Source: a virus. Taken from it: a stretch of 64,000 nt of DNA. The translations under genes were made by a program, and so were the position numbers. Every line of letters begins with the position of its first letter. Position 1 is the stretch's first letter. This document shows, piece by piece, positions 20,664 through 30,548 of the stretch. The notes beneath the pieces were generated by a model. It saw nothing but the letters and a program-made list of their open reading frames with translations. It was not told where the DNA came from and ran no database searches. Location of the stretch: positions 41,002 through 105,001 of the IMG/VR virus record IMGVR_UViG_3300027586_000003. One strand, written 5' to 3'.

Positions 20664-22384
20664 GGTGCTCTCAGTCTAGCAAGGAAATTATCCGCATCTT
20701 TCGTCCCATGCGCCGACTTGCGCATCGCCTTGAAAAAAGTCGGGTTTGCGCCGCCGCTGGCATGAAGCATGGGTTGCAGATTAGCCGCACGCTGTTTCAT
20801 TGTCGAGACTGAACCGGGCAACAATCCATGCGTTGCTCCAAAGGTGTCAAGCCACGTTGCGAATTCTGGAGAATTTACTTTTCTTGAAAGCTCTGAAACT
20901 CTCCGGTCTGCCGCTGCATCCATCTGAACCTCGTGCGCAAAAACCATCGCCGTAGAGACGTTGCCCCCAACAAGCCCGGTGTGCTCGTAGGTGTGGTGGC
21001 TCTCTGGCAACGTCAATCCGTGGTCAATTGGATGAAGCCTTCCAACCTTGTCAACCATCATGTTGCCACTATGTCGGTCAGTGTTTCCAGTGATGTAGTC
21101 AAGCACTGCCAACTCCGCCAACCTAGACTTGTCATTATCCCAAAGTTTCGGCCAAAACTTCTTTGCGCGAACCTCATCCCCGTAAGCGTTTTTGGTAGGC
21201 ACTGAATCAGGATCGAAGTCAATCAACGATTGCAGTGAGCCTTTCTTGCCGTCCACTATCACCATCGCTGTTATGGAATGCTCAATCCCAAGTTGTTTTG
21301 CAATATCGTAGGAGGCAACCTCACGCTTCGCGCCGCTAACTGCACGATCATCAATGTTCGATCTGGCACCCTTACCTTCACCCGATTCCGGCTTGAAGAC
21401 GCCTTTCGTAACGGTTCCGTCGGCTGCGGTAGCCTTCAGAATGAAAGACTGGCTGTAGTTTTGCCTGCCGCCCAACTTGTCCAATTTTCTTGTGGTTGAA
21501 GTTGCAATATCGCCCGCCACTTTCTGCTGTTCGGCGTGAATGTTGGATTGGAAATTTCCGGGTGTGACTGGCGCAATTGGCTGCGCTGCCGGGGCGGCTT
21601 GGGCTACGGGGGCCACGGGGCGCATCGAATTTCGCTCCATGTGCGCTATCACGTCCTGCTGCCACCTTTTAATCCGTGGGGCAGCACCGTTCAGATTCAC
21701 GCCGCGCACAGCAGCCACGTCGTTGCGATAAATCGCCTGATTGATTGCGGCGATTCCAGCCCTTCCGATTGGTGCGTGTGCCTGTGGCCTAATGACTGGC
21801 GCACGCGGTGGCAGATGTTGCGCCGCTGCTTGCCGTGCAATAATCGCCGCTTGGCCTCGCAACGGGCCAGCCGCCGGGGGTTGCACTGCTGCCTGCCGTG
21901 CGATGTCCGCCGCGATTTTAGCGTCACGGACGGCCTGTGCGTTGGCTTCGGCGGCACGGGCGTTGTGTTCGGCCACAATGACCGCCCGGCGGGCGTCCTC
22001 TGGCGACGGAACTGGCAATGGGGCCGGTCGCTGAATCGCCGGGCGTGCGGCCTGCGGCGGTGGAGCCGTGTCCGGTCTGCCGGGGAGCGCACGGCGAGGG
22101 GGCCACTCGGCTGACATCGGATTCGGTTTCTCAACATCCGCCACCCGTTGCAGCCTGCCGCCGACCTTGGCGTAGTGCTTCCTGCCAAACTTGGGTATCT
22201 TCCCAATATCGCCTTGATTACCAGCCCCAGCCCCGACGTGGCACTTCAGGTCGCCTGCGATGAATCCGTCGCCGCACGCCTTACCACCACGCACACGGGC
22301 GTTTGCCAGCGTGCGTGCCGTGCGAACAATCTCGGCGTATGCTTGGTTGAGCATTTTTTGGAAATTAACTAAGCCGCTTGCCAT
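20660..22384 (-). CDS. Tagged protein with C-terminal PI3/PI4-kinase / HipA-like kinase domain
   Basis: GVFKP, KREVASY, GSLQ, DYITGNTDRHSGN and IDHGL motifs; N-terminal LAN...KACGDGFIAGDLKCHVG tag; Ala/Pro linker. Confidence 0.85.
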   Translation of the reverse strand: MASGLVNFQKMLNQAYAEIVRTARTLANARVRGGKACGDGFIAGDLKCHVGAGAGNQGDIGKIPKFGRKHYAKVGGRLQRVADVEKPNPMSAEWPPRRALPGRPDTAPPPQAARPAIQRPAPLPVPSPEDARRAVIVAEHNARAAEANAQAVRDAKIAADIARQAAVQPPAAGPLRGQAAIIARQAAAQHLPPRAPVIRPQAHAPIGRAGIAAINQAIYRNDVAAVRGVNLNGAAPRIKRWQQDVIAHMERNSMRPVAPVAQAAPAAQPIAPVTPGNFQSNIHAEQQKVAGDIATSTTRKLDKLGGRQNYSQSFILKATAADGTVTKGVFKPESGEGKGARSNIDDRAVSGAKREVASYDIAKQLGIEHSITAMVIVDGKKGSLQSLIDFDPDSVPTKNAYGDEVRAKKFWPKLWDNDKSRLAELAVLDYITGNTDRHSGNMMVDKVGRLHPIDHGLTLPESHHTYEHTGLVGGNVSTAMVFAHEVQMDAAADRRVSELSRKVNSPEFATWLDTFGATHGLLPGSVSTMKQRAANLQPMLHASGGANPTFFKAMRKSAHGTKDADNFLARLRAP

Positions 22385-23358
22385 GTCAATAGCGATGCTT
22401 TTTAGTTTGCGGCAACTATGTCACCATGCGACTGACTCTTGCAGCCGCCCATGTTTGCCCCGCGTCTCCGCCCCACAATGCCCACGCAATGCGGCCTGCG
22501 GAGGGAAAGCCATCTTCATTAGGCGTAAAACCTTGCCCCTTTTTATCAACTTCGTGTCGCGCAAAAAACGAGTGCATCCGCTTAACGGTGTCGTCGGAAA
22601 GATTTGATTCGTTGCTAATGTCCCTAGCGCGAGCAACCCCGACCTCGGTTCCTCCTCGGTTGTGTTCTCTGCGCCAAGCCAGACCGCGAGCGGCTTCCTC
22701 AATCATGTCTTTGCTCGGCTTGTTCTGAGATTTCTCAAACTCGGCAGAGTTGTTGAATGACTCGCCGCACGGTTGCCCGCTGTTCGCCAAGGCAACCGGC
22801 CCGTCGCACGCCGCCATCAATTCATCGAAGCTGAACTTGCCACGGTTCCGTAGCTGAACGTCCCGCTCAGTGACGCCGCCGACCAAGTTCTTAACCTGCT
22901 TGGCGAAGTGCAACATCTCGTCGAATCCGCGACTCGCCGCGTCCTTGATTGAGTCGTAGCTGTTGTGGAACATGGCTTTTGGAATCTCGTCCACGACCTC
23001 TAGCAGCGTCGCCCTGAACGTCTTCTCCATCTCTGGAATGGTGAACGTCTTTTGATGCTCGGCCAGCACTGCCTCTGGATTCTGTTCGTAGGCGAACCTC
23101 GCCCCGGCCCGCGTGTTCTTGCTCGCCACGACCATGAAAACCCGCTGCGTGCCGCTGGCGTCCTTTGCCTTGAACGTGACCGCCGCCATTCTGGCTGTCT
23201 CAGGCACGTCCACTCCGAGTTTGTCGCCCTGACCGGCGTGGCACTCTTTGTCCGCTGCTATGAAGCTGTCACCGCACGCCTTACCACCACGCACACGGGC
23301 GTTTGCCAGCGTGCGTGCCGTGCGAACAATCTGGGCGTATGCTTGGTTGAGCATTTTT
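22272..23358 (-). repeat. ~87-bp direct repeat (22272-22358 / 23272-23358) encoding MLNQAYAxIVRTARTLANARVRGGKACG
   Basis: Near-identical nucleotide sequence 1000 bp apart. Confidence 0.9.
22416..23354 (-). CDS. Tagged head-associated protein
   Basis: N-terminus duplicated from the kinase gene; C-terminal ARGLAWRREHNRGGTEVGVARARD...RMHSFFARHE...GRIAWALWGGDAG domain that I recognise from phage head-region proteins. Confidence 0.7.
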   Translation of the reverse strand: MLNQAYAQIVRTARTLANARVRGGKACGDSFIAADKECHAGQGDKLGVDVPETARMAAVTFKAKDASGTQRVFMVVASKNTRAGARFAYEQNPEAVLAEHQKTFTIPEMEKTFRATLLEVVDEIPKAMFHNSYDSIKDAASRGFDEMLHFAKQVKNLVGGVTERDVQLRNRGKFSFDELMAACDGPVALANSGQPCGESFNNSAEFEKSQNKPSKDMIEEAARGLAWRREHNRGGTEVGVARARDISNESNLSDDTVKRMHSFFARHEVDKKGQGFTPNEDGFPSAGRIAWALWGGDAGQTWAAARVSRMVT

Positions 23359-23369
23359 CGGGAAAGTAA

Positions 23370-26300
23370 TTAGGATTGCTGCGATGTAAACGCGAGTTCC
23401 GGGTGTTCGTCCGGCTCGTCAGCGCGATTCTTCATCGCCTCCGATTCTTCGAGAATCTTGGCACGAACCTGCTCCGGCGTGACCTCAAAGTTTTTTTCCA
23501 GCACCCAATCACGGACGGACGCCTTGACCGCCCCGATTTGAGTCCCCTTGAGCTTGGGAGCCGCAGCCATAATGTCCTTGCCGGTGAACACGGCTGAGAG
23601 CCGCTTTTCCATCTCCTCTTTCTTGCCGAACTGCTCAACCAAGCGGTCGGCACGGCCCATCTTTTTCTCGAAATCCTCCGCCTTGAACAGCGCACCACGG
23701 GACGCTTCATCGCTGCGCATGACCTCTCGCAGCAGCGGCCAGTTCTTCTCCTGCCGGAACCGCAGCGCGAGCCTGTCGCTCACCGCGTCGAAGTTGTGGC
23801 CGACCATGTGGTGTTCCACCGCCAGCGCAATCGCCTCTTTCTGCTCGTTGCTGAACTTCAACCGTGCGGCTGCCTTCTCCAAGAGCGGGATGCCAGCGGC
23901 CTCGTGCGCGATGTAGGTCGGCTGGCCGTCCTTCTCACCACGGGTGGTGGCCTTGCCGATGTCGTGAAGCAGAATGGCGACGTTCGTTGTCGCATCATTG
24001 GTGTTGCTGGCCTTGACCGCCTCCAAGACGTGCTCATACACGCCGCCCTCCGGGTGGTGCTTCGGGTTGTGCGGCAGTCCACGCATCGCCGCCACCTCTG
24101 GCAGCGTGTGCTCCAGCAGCCCGGCCTCGCTCATCACCGACACGAACTTCGCCAGCGACTTGCCGTTGTCCGCCGCCTTGAACACCTCGTCACGGATGCG
24201 CTCGCCGGAAATCGTGGCGACTGACGGAGCCAGTTTCTTCATGGCGTCCATCGTCTTCGCTTCAATGTCGAAGCCCAGCCGACCGGCGAACCTCGCCGCC
24301 CGAATCATCCGCAACGGGTCTTCAGTGAACCTTGCCTCCGGGTCGCCGACGGCGCGAATCACCTTGGCTTCTATGTCGGCTTTGCCGTTCTGCGGGTCAA
24401 CCAAGTTGCCTGCGGCGTCCATCGCCATCGCATTGATGGTAAAGTCACGACGCTTCGAGTCTTCATCGAAGCTGCCCGCCGCCGTGACAGAATCCGGCCT
24501 GCGCTGGTCGGTGTAAGCCCCGTCCGTGCGGAACTGTGCGACCTCGAATGTGTGGCCCTCATGTGGAATCGCCACAATGCCAAAGTCTGCGCTGTTGCCG
24601 ATTTCGTGCGAGCGGAAAGCGGACTGCAACTTCGCTGCGGGCAGCGGCGTCGCAATGTCGAAGTCCTTCGGCGTCTTGCCCATCACCATGTCTCTGACCG
24701 CGCCGCCGACAATGAGCGGATTCGTGCCGGGGAACTGCCGTTCAATCTCACCGAGGATGGACACGGCAGCCTTGGCCTGCGGGTTCGACTCAGCCATCTC
24801 TTTCAATCCGCCGCCTTCCTTGGGTGCGAACTTGCCGTCGGCGGCGCGAGGGTGAAGCGACTCCTCAAACTCGCCGGAGTTACTGATTTTGTTGCTCGAC
24901 TTGTTGAACCGTTTAGAGAGCGGGATGACGTTGCCTTGGTCGTCGCGGGTGATGGGGTCGGCGGATTTGATTTGGGAGGGGCTGAAGACGACAGTGACAT
25001 TGCTCGTGGCTGTCTGCCCCCCTTCGACTACGTTGCTTACCTTGAGAGAATCATGCCCGCGAGTTTGGGCAATGCCTGCGATGTCTCCTATGTCGCTGCG
25101 AGTATTGCCGTAGGTTACATCATACCACTGGGAGCCTTTTGCATCGACTGACAGCGGGTTATTAGTTTTAAGAAACACCTCCATTTGTGGCAGGTCGTTC
25201 ACCGGAGAGTCTGCAAAGTATATCCCGTCACCTACGTCGTTTGAAAATTCAGTGAACTTCTTATCTGTCCCGTGATAAGCCTTGGTGCCATACCCCGCCG
25301 CCTTCGCCGCCTCATCCACCATCTTCTGAGCCGTGAACGTGTCGCCCGACGCCACCGCGCCTGCGTAGGCCGCGTCCTGCTCAGGTGTGACCCCCACATG
25401 GCAAGTGTCGCCGGACTCAATAAAGCTCTCGCCGCAGGGCTGGCCGCTGTTGCTGATTTTGTTGCTCGCCCTGTTGAACCGTTTAGAAAGTGGGATGACG
25501 TTGCCAGCGGAGTCGAACACAACAGGTGAAGACGACTTTATCCTAGCGGAGTCGAAAACAGCTATCTCCCTGCTGCGAGTTTTCACTTCACCAAGCCCAC
25601 CAGCCGTCATATATCCACTGACAGAATTGAATCCTTTTCTTATTAAGTCATCAATGTCTCTGCTAGATATGTTACTTGAAGACCTTATCCCGTCTTTAAC
25701 TGTTGCCGTTCGCCCCAAGTTGACAAAGTATTTTACAGGCTTCATCATACCAACACCAATGTCTGTGAACTTCAAAAGCCTGTTTGAATCTTCAACCGTC
25801 GGTGTTAGATAGACTGCTTTCCTATACGTTGTTTTTCCAACGCCTTCAGATGGCTTGTAGTCGTCCGGCAACTTGCCAGCGTCAACCGCCTTGACCCAAG
25901 CATCGGCCCCGTGCTTGGCCGCAAAGTCACCCCAAACCTCATTCTCAATCGAAAGCGGTGTCCGTGGATACTCGGTTTGAAAAACCTCAATCGGCGACCC
26001 ATTTCTGGTTCGATGGTAGGCAACCGTGTAGCCAGCCGCCTTCGCCGCATCGTCCACCATCTTCTGAGCGGTCACAGTGTCACCCGCCGCCACCGCACCC
26101 GTATAGGCTGCGTCCTGCTCCGGCGTAACTCCGACGTGGCAAGTGTCTCCGGCTTCGATGAATGAATCACCGCACGGCTGGCCGCTGTTGCTGATGTTCC
26201 TGTCGCCCTTACTCCATGTGCCACGGTTGAATGCCGATTTAATCTGTTCAGGACGCAATGCGATGTAACTTGTGCCTTTGGACTCGCCCTTGTTATCGTA

Positions 26301-29300
26301 AATAACACCGTCGTAACCAATGCTGTTGAGCCACTTCACGTTCACGAGCCATCGCCCCTTGCTGCCATAGGTCGAGTTCTCGTTCAGTTCATCAATCCAT
26401 TCTTTGTGTTTGGATTTAGAGATTACCCCTTCGTTGAACATCTTGTTGTGAACATTGTGCCAATCAAAATCATCCAGCCTTAGTGGGTTTTTTATGCTGA
26501 TATAAACAGGCTTTATGTTCGCGCCTTCGGCGTAGGCTGGGTTTTCGTATCCTTGAAAGAATCGGCTTCTAAAGTTGTAATTTATGATGTCGTTTGCCTG
26601 CTGTGCCGTTCCGAAATGCGAGCCTAAACCTTCCTTTACCCTTCCAAACTCCGTGAAACCAGCATTGGTTCCGTGATAGACCACAAGCGGCTTCCCGTCC
26701 TTATCCACAACCTTCGAGTCTCCGAACCATTCCTTGAACTCAGGCGATTCTGTGCTGGCGGGCCTGAGTGCTGGCGCGGTCTGGCCTTCACCTTCACCAA
26801 CATGGCACGTTTTGTCTGCGGAGATTGACGACTCACCGCACGGCTTGCCGGTGTTTCTGTTCAGCATCGGTTCGTCACGATTCGCCAGCTTCTTCGGCGC
26901 AATGCCCATCTCCTTTGTGAACTTGTTTGCCGCCTTCAACACATCTTTGATGTCCATGTCAATTCGGCGCGTCTTGATTTTTGTGTCGCCGAACTTTCCG
27001 TCCTTCGCATCCAGCCCAATCTTCGCCGCCCAGCGGTGGTGCCCATCAATCACATAGCCATCACGCGACACGAAGATGGAGTTCTCATCAAGGCCGACCG
27101 CCTTCTGACCCTCCGGCGACATCATAAACGCCACGTTGCTGCCCTTCAACTCGCTCTGCGACGCTTTCAATGAAGAAGCAGGTTGGTCAATGTCTTCGGT
27201 CTTGACGCCCTTCTTTAAGAGGCTCTGAACGAACGCTTCGCCGACATTAACCTCGCCCGCTTTATCCTTCGGGAAATTTTTCTCATCGTCCACGGTTGAA
27301 CCTTTTACCGGAAACCCAGCCAGTTGCGGCATCTCGGAGCGTGGAATCGGCTTACCGTCGTCGCCCTTCAATGACTCGCCGCAGAACAGGTTGGTTCCCG
27401 GCACGGACACCTTGCACAGATTCAGGTTTACCTTCTCGCCGCTCTTCTTAGCTTCGTTAGCAAACTTGTGGATTTCCTCAATTGCGGTGTTGACCTCTTT
27501 CACGCTTTTCAGAACCACGTCACCACCGCCTTTAAGCGCAGTGACCGCCGCCTTGCCAGCCTCCTCTTCCGCTGTGGCCTTCACCGGCTTCTCCTCAACC
27601 GCCTTGACCGCAGCTTCCGGTGCCTTCGGCGATTCAGCCGCCTTGGCCGCTTCCGGCTGTGCGCCAAGATACTCGCCTATCTTGTCGGAAAGTTTGCGCG
27701 ACGCGCCGATGGCTCGCTGTTGCTGCTGCAAGGCGTGAAGGACTTTCAGTTCCTTCATCTTGTCTGTGTCAGGAAGAGCCTTCGCTGTCTCGACGTGCGC
27801 CTTCAACTCGCCAAGCAATTTGCCAACCTCTTCGATGCTTTTCGGCTTCACCATCTTGATTTGGCCGGACGCTGCCATTGTGGACATGGGCTTGGCACCC
27901 GCAGAATCCGTCTTGCCCGCCTTATCCGCCTTCGGAGTCGCCGCCACCGCCGCCGTGACCGGCGCATCCTTTGTCGGGGCTGTCTCGCCAATGTGGCACT
28001 CCATTTCCTCGCCGATGAATGACTTGCCGCACGCCTTGTTTTCCAGTGTGCCTTCGCTGTTCTCCTTGACCAACTTCGCAATCTGTTCGTGCATCTCCTC
28101 TGCGGACACACCACGCGGGAATATAAAGCTCACGCGCCCGCCCGGAGCGGCATTCTGCAAGCGAATCTCCGCCATCTTGCCAAGGTCGAAAATAGCGAGT
28201 TCCTTCAACTGCTTGGCCTGCTCCATTGCGCCGCCGACCGCCTTGTGAATCTGAACCACGTCCAAGAAAATCTTGCCGCTCACCTTGTCAAACCAGCCGC
28301 CCATGTGCGCCAGAGGGTCTTTCTTCAACGTCTCTGCCGCCCGGTCGAAGAAACCCTTCACCGCCTTGACGGAAAGCTGCTTGGCGTTCAACACCACCTC
28401 TAAATGCTTGTAGGCACTGACTGCGAAGCCGGACTTTGGAGACTTGTTCTGAGCCGGTTCGTAGGTGAAGCCGCCTGACTTCCTGAGCTTCGTCACCAAC
28501 TGCTTTCCCTCTGCGTGTGAGAAGTCACCTTCACGGCACGTCTTGTCATCGGAAATGAAGGACGCACCGCATGGCTTGTTCGACAGCGCATCGTCTTCAA
28601 TCCACGGTGCGTCGTTGTCCAGTTCTTCGCTGACCGGCTGCGTCGTGTCCTCCATCTTCAACCACGCCTTGAACTCGTCAACCGTCATCGGCGTCACGTC
28701 GCCGACCCGCTCTGCACCGCGACCGTCGCTGAATCCCTTATGATATGTGCTGAGTGCGGTGAACAGGTTCGGGAACGCCAGCATGACCTTGTGTTCGTCA
28801 AAGTCACCCGTGTTGGCATCCACTTGGTCAATCACAAACACCTTGCTGGAATCGGGTGCGTCGCCGAGATACACGTCAACCTCATCTCCGTCGGCTCCCT
28901 CAGTGTCAATGACGTAGCCATACGAAGCTGGCATCACCGTCGCCCAAGTTTCCCCTTCACTGTTCGTCCCACTACGGACGCCGCCCTTGGGATTCTCGAC
29001 GCTGATTGACAGGCCGTTCCACGTCGCCTCGCCCTTCAGGTAGTTGCCGGACTCTTTCTGCGCATCCGTCGGAGCCGCCGCCACCGTCACCGGCTGGCCT
29101 AGCACGGTCGCTGCCACTATGTCGGTGCGGTTGTTGAACTTGCTGTTGTTGCTATTGAACCGCTGGGAAAGCGGAATCACACTGCCAGTATCATCACGAA
29201 CAACCGCATCACTTCGCTTGAATTTTGAAGTGTCAAAGATTGCAATATGCCTTCCGGTCGCTCCCGGCCCGTCGTGTATCGCCGCCGAGAATCCAGCCTT

Positions 29301-30008
29301 CAAAAGTCCAGCGGCTACGCTGCCATACCGACGCTCCAGCGAGATAAGCGGCAAAGCGTCAGTCACAGTTCTTCCGAGAAGTGTTCCGACGGCACCCGCA
29401 ACTTCCGGCGTTATTGGCTTTGTCATGTCAACCACACGACCGCCAACGTAACCGGACGCAACTCGGCCAGAGGCAAGTTGCGCTGGATTCCAAGAGCCTT
29501 CCAAGGTCGCATAAATCGCGGGGCCAAGCACCGCTCCTTCCCTTGACTTTGAAATGTCGAAGTCTGCAAAATTAGCATTGGTTCTGTGAACAGCCGGGCC
29601 AACCGTATATCCAGCCGCCGCCGCCGCTTCATCCACCATCTTCTGAGCCGTGGCCGTGTCACCAGACTCCACCGCCTTCGCATACGCCGCGTCCTTCTCC
29701 GGCGTCACCCCAACATGGCAAGTGTCGCCATCCTCAACAAATCCAGCCCCGCACGGCTGGCCGTTCGTAAGCCGCTCAAACGAGTTTGGAACGCTAACCG
29801 CAGGATTAGCCCATTCACTCACCCTGTTCGCCCACGCGCCAGCCTGACGCGCAGGCGGGCCATTCTGGATGAACTCTTTGAACGCAGCACCTCCGGGAAG
29901 GACGGATTGCAATACTTGGCGGGTGACTGCCGCCGGAAACCGGGAGCGGTTCAGGAACGCAACCACCTCACGAACCCGCGTAGCGTAAATAACGGAGGGG
30001 TTGTGCAT
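23370..30008 (-). CDS. Polyvalent protein (2212 aa): 4 ART-PolyVal-like domains, InPase domain, ParB/Srx-like domain, unknown domain, C-terminal CCA-adding enzyme with HD domain
   Basis: FKEWFGDSKVVDKDGKPLVVYHGT...IKNPL...GYDGVIY...QIKS (ART-PolyVal); GNYLKG..W.GLSISVENPKG..R.G...YGY...GADGDEVDVYLG (InPase); DGYVIDGHHRWAA (ParB-like); VGGAVRD/DFDIAT/RRDFTINAMA/EDPLRMIRAARF/HHPEG/LLHDIGK (class II nucleotidyltransferase + HD). Confidence 0.9.
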   Translation of the reverse strand: MHNPSVIYATRVREVVAFLNRSRFPAAVTRQVLQSVLPGGAAFKEFIQNGPPARQAGAWANRVSEWANPAVSVPNSFERLTNGQPCGAGFVEDGDTCHVGVTPEKDAAYAKAVESGDTATAQKMVDEAAAAAGYTVGPAVHRTNANFADFDISKSREGAVLGPAIYATLEGSWNPAQLASGRVASGYVGGRVVDMTKPITPEVAGAVGTLLGRTVTDALPLISLERRYGSVAAGLLKAGFSAAIHDGPGATGRHIAIFDTSKFKRSDAVVRDDTGSVIPLSQRFNSNNSKFNNRTDIVAATVLGQPVTVAAAPTDAQKESGNYLKGEATWNGLSISVENPKGGVRSGTNSEGETWATVMPASYGYVIDTEGADGDEVDVYLGDAPDSSKVFVIDQVDANTGDFDEHKVMLAFPNLFTALSTYHKGFSDGRGAERVGDVTPMTVDEFKAWLKMEDTTQPVSEELDNDAPWIEDDALSNKPCGASFISDDKTCREGDFSHAEGKQLVTKLRKSGGFTYEPAQNKSPKSGFAVSAYKHLEVVLNAKQLSVKAVKGFFDRAAETLKKDPLAHMGGWFDKVSGKIFLDVVQIHKAVGGAMEQAKQLKELAIFDLGKMAEIRLQNAAPGGRVSFIFPRGVSAEEMHEQIAKLVKENSEGTLENKACGKSFIGEEMECHIGETAPTKDAPVTAAVAATPKADKAGKTDSAGAKPMSTMAASGQIKMVKPKSIEEVGKLLGELKAHVETAKALPDTDKMKELKVLHALQQQQRAIGASRKLSDKIGEYLGAQPEAAKAAESPKAPEAAVKAVEEKPVKATAEEEAGKAAVTALKGGGDVVLKSVKEVNTAIEEIHKFANEAKKSGEKVNLNLCKVSVPGTNLFCGESLKGDDGKPIPRSEMPQLAGFPVKGSTVDDEKNFPKDKAGEVNVGEAFVQSLLKKGVKTEDIDQPASSLKASQSELKGSNVAFMMSPEGQKAVGLDENSIFVSRDGYVIDGHHRWAAKIGLDAKDGKFGDTKIKTRRIDMDIKDVLKAANKFTKEMGIAPKKLANRDEPMLNRNTGKPCGESSISADKTCHVGEGEGQTAPALRPASTESPEFKEWFGDSKVVDKDGKPLVVYHGTNAGFTEFGRVKEGLGSHFGTAQQANDIINYNFRSRFFQGYENPAYAEGANIKPVYISIKNPLRLDDFDWHNVHNKMFNEGVISKSKHKEWIDELNENSTYGSKGRWLVNVKWLNSIGYDGVIYDNKGESKGTSYIALRPEQIKSAFNRGTWSKGDRNISNSGQPCGDSFIEAGDTCHVGVTPEQDAAYTGAVAAGDTVTAQKMVDDAAKAAGYTVAYHRTRNGSPIEVFQTEYPRTPLSIENEVWGDFAAKHGADAWVKAVDAGKLPDDYKPSEGVGKTTYRKAVYLTPTVEDSNRLLKFTDIGVGMMKPVKYFVNLGRTATVKDGIRSSSNISSRDIDDLIRKGFNSVSGYMTAGGLGEVKTRSREIAVFDSARIKSSSPVVFDSAGNVIPLSKRFNRASNKISNSGQPCGESFIESGDTCHVGVTPEQDAAYAGAVASGDTFTAQKMVDEAAKAAGYGTKAYHGTDKKFTEFSNDVGDGIYFADSPVNDLPQMEVFLKTNNPLSVDAKGSQWYDVTYGNTRSDIGDIAGIAQTRGHDSLKVSNVVEGGQTATSNVTVVFSPSQIKSADPITRDDQGNVIPLSKRFNKSSNKISNSGEFEESLHPRAADGKFAPKEGGGLKEMAESNPQAKAAVSILGEIERQFPGTNPLIVGGAVRDMVMGKTPKDFDIATPLPAAKLQSAFRSHEIGNSADFGIVAIPHEGHTFEVAQFRTDGAYTDQRRPDSVTAAGSFDEDSKRRDFTINAMAMDAAGNLVDPQNGKADIEAKVIRAVGDPEARFTEDPLRMIRAARFAGRLGFDIEAKTMDAMKKLAPSVATISGERIRDEVFKAADNGKSLAKFVSVMSEAGLLEHTLPEVAAMRGLPHNPKHHPEGGVYEHVLEAVKASNTNDATTNVAILLHDIGKATTRGEKDGQPTYIAHEAAGIPLLEKAAARLKFSNEQKEAIALAVEHHMVGHNFDAVSDRLALRFRQEKNWPLLREVMRSDEASRGALFKAEDFEKKMGRADRLVEQFGKKEEMEKRLSAVFTGKDIMAAAPKLKGTQIGAVKASVRDWVLEKNFEVTPEQVRAKILEESEAMKNRADEPDEHPELAFTSQQS

Positions 30009-30455
30009 TTATAATCCGTCTTGGTCACGAAATGTTCGTTTGCGAGCATCAATTGTCGGCGTGAAAACTTGAGTTGTCTCAGCGTCTAGCACGCTCGGCA
30101 AGTCCACCGCAAAATTACAACGTGCCACGTCACGCAGAATCGCCATTGCCTCCCGCGCCGAATTCGCCCGGTGTCCGTTCGGGTCAATCAGCTTGCCAGC
30201 GCACCGCTTCTCCACCTCAACCACCAACAGGTCAAGTGTTGCCCCCAGAAGCTTCTCAGGAATCGTGTCATCCGGGCCAAGCCGATTTCGCTGGCACGCC
30301 GCAATGTAGCCCCGCACCAAATCTACAACCTGCAACGTCACCGCCGCTACCGGGTCGGCCTGCCCAGCCGCCAATGCCGCCGAACGGAAGGCCGCTAGTT
30401 CCGGGCCGCTGATGCGGGTCTTTAACGAGTTTTCAGAAACAAGAATCCAAGCCAT
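30009..30455 (-). CDS. Head-tail adaptor (Mu gp36 / DUF1320-like)
   Basis: VDLVRGYI...IPEKL...DL...A..ILRDVA pattern; position after the major capsid gene. Confidence 0.75.
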   Translation of the reverse strand: MAWILVSENSLKTRISGPELAAFRSAALAAGQADPVAAVTLQVVDLVRGYIAACQRNRLGPDDTIPEKLLGATLDLLVVEVEKRCAGKLIDPNGHRANSAREAMAILRDVARCNFAVDLPSVLDAETTQVFTPTIDARKRTFRDQDGL

Positions 30456-30548
30456 AGTGCGAACCGCCGCAGGTCTGCGGCACGGCTCACGCCGTTGGTA
30501 ACTGCGCCACCGTGGATTTCAAGCGCAAACGGCTGTCTAGGAATTAAA

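Noticed and set aside
23354-23372. Stop read-through fusing the 2212-aa protein to the in-frame 312-aa ORF
   Set aside because: In frame, but the stop is TAA with no read-through signal; 1-in-3 chance coincidence.
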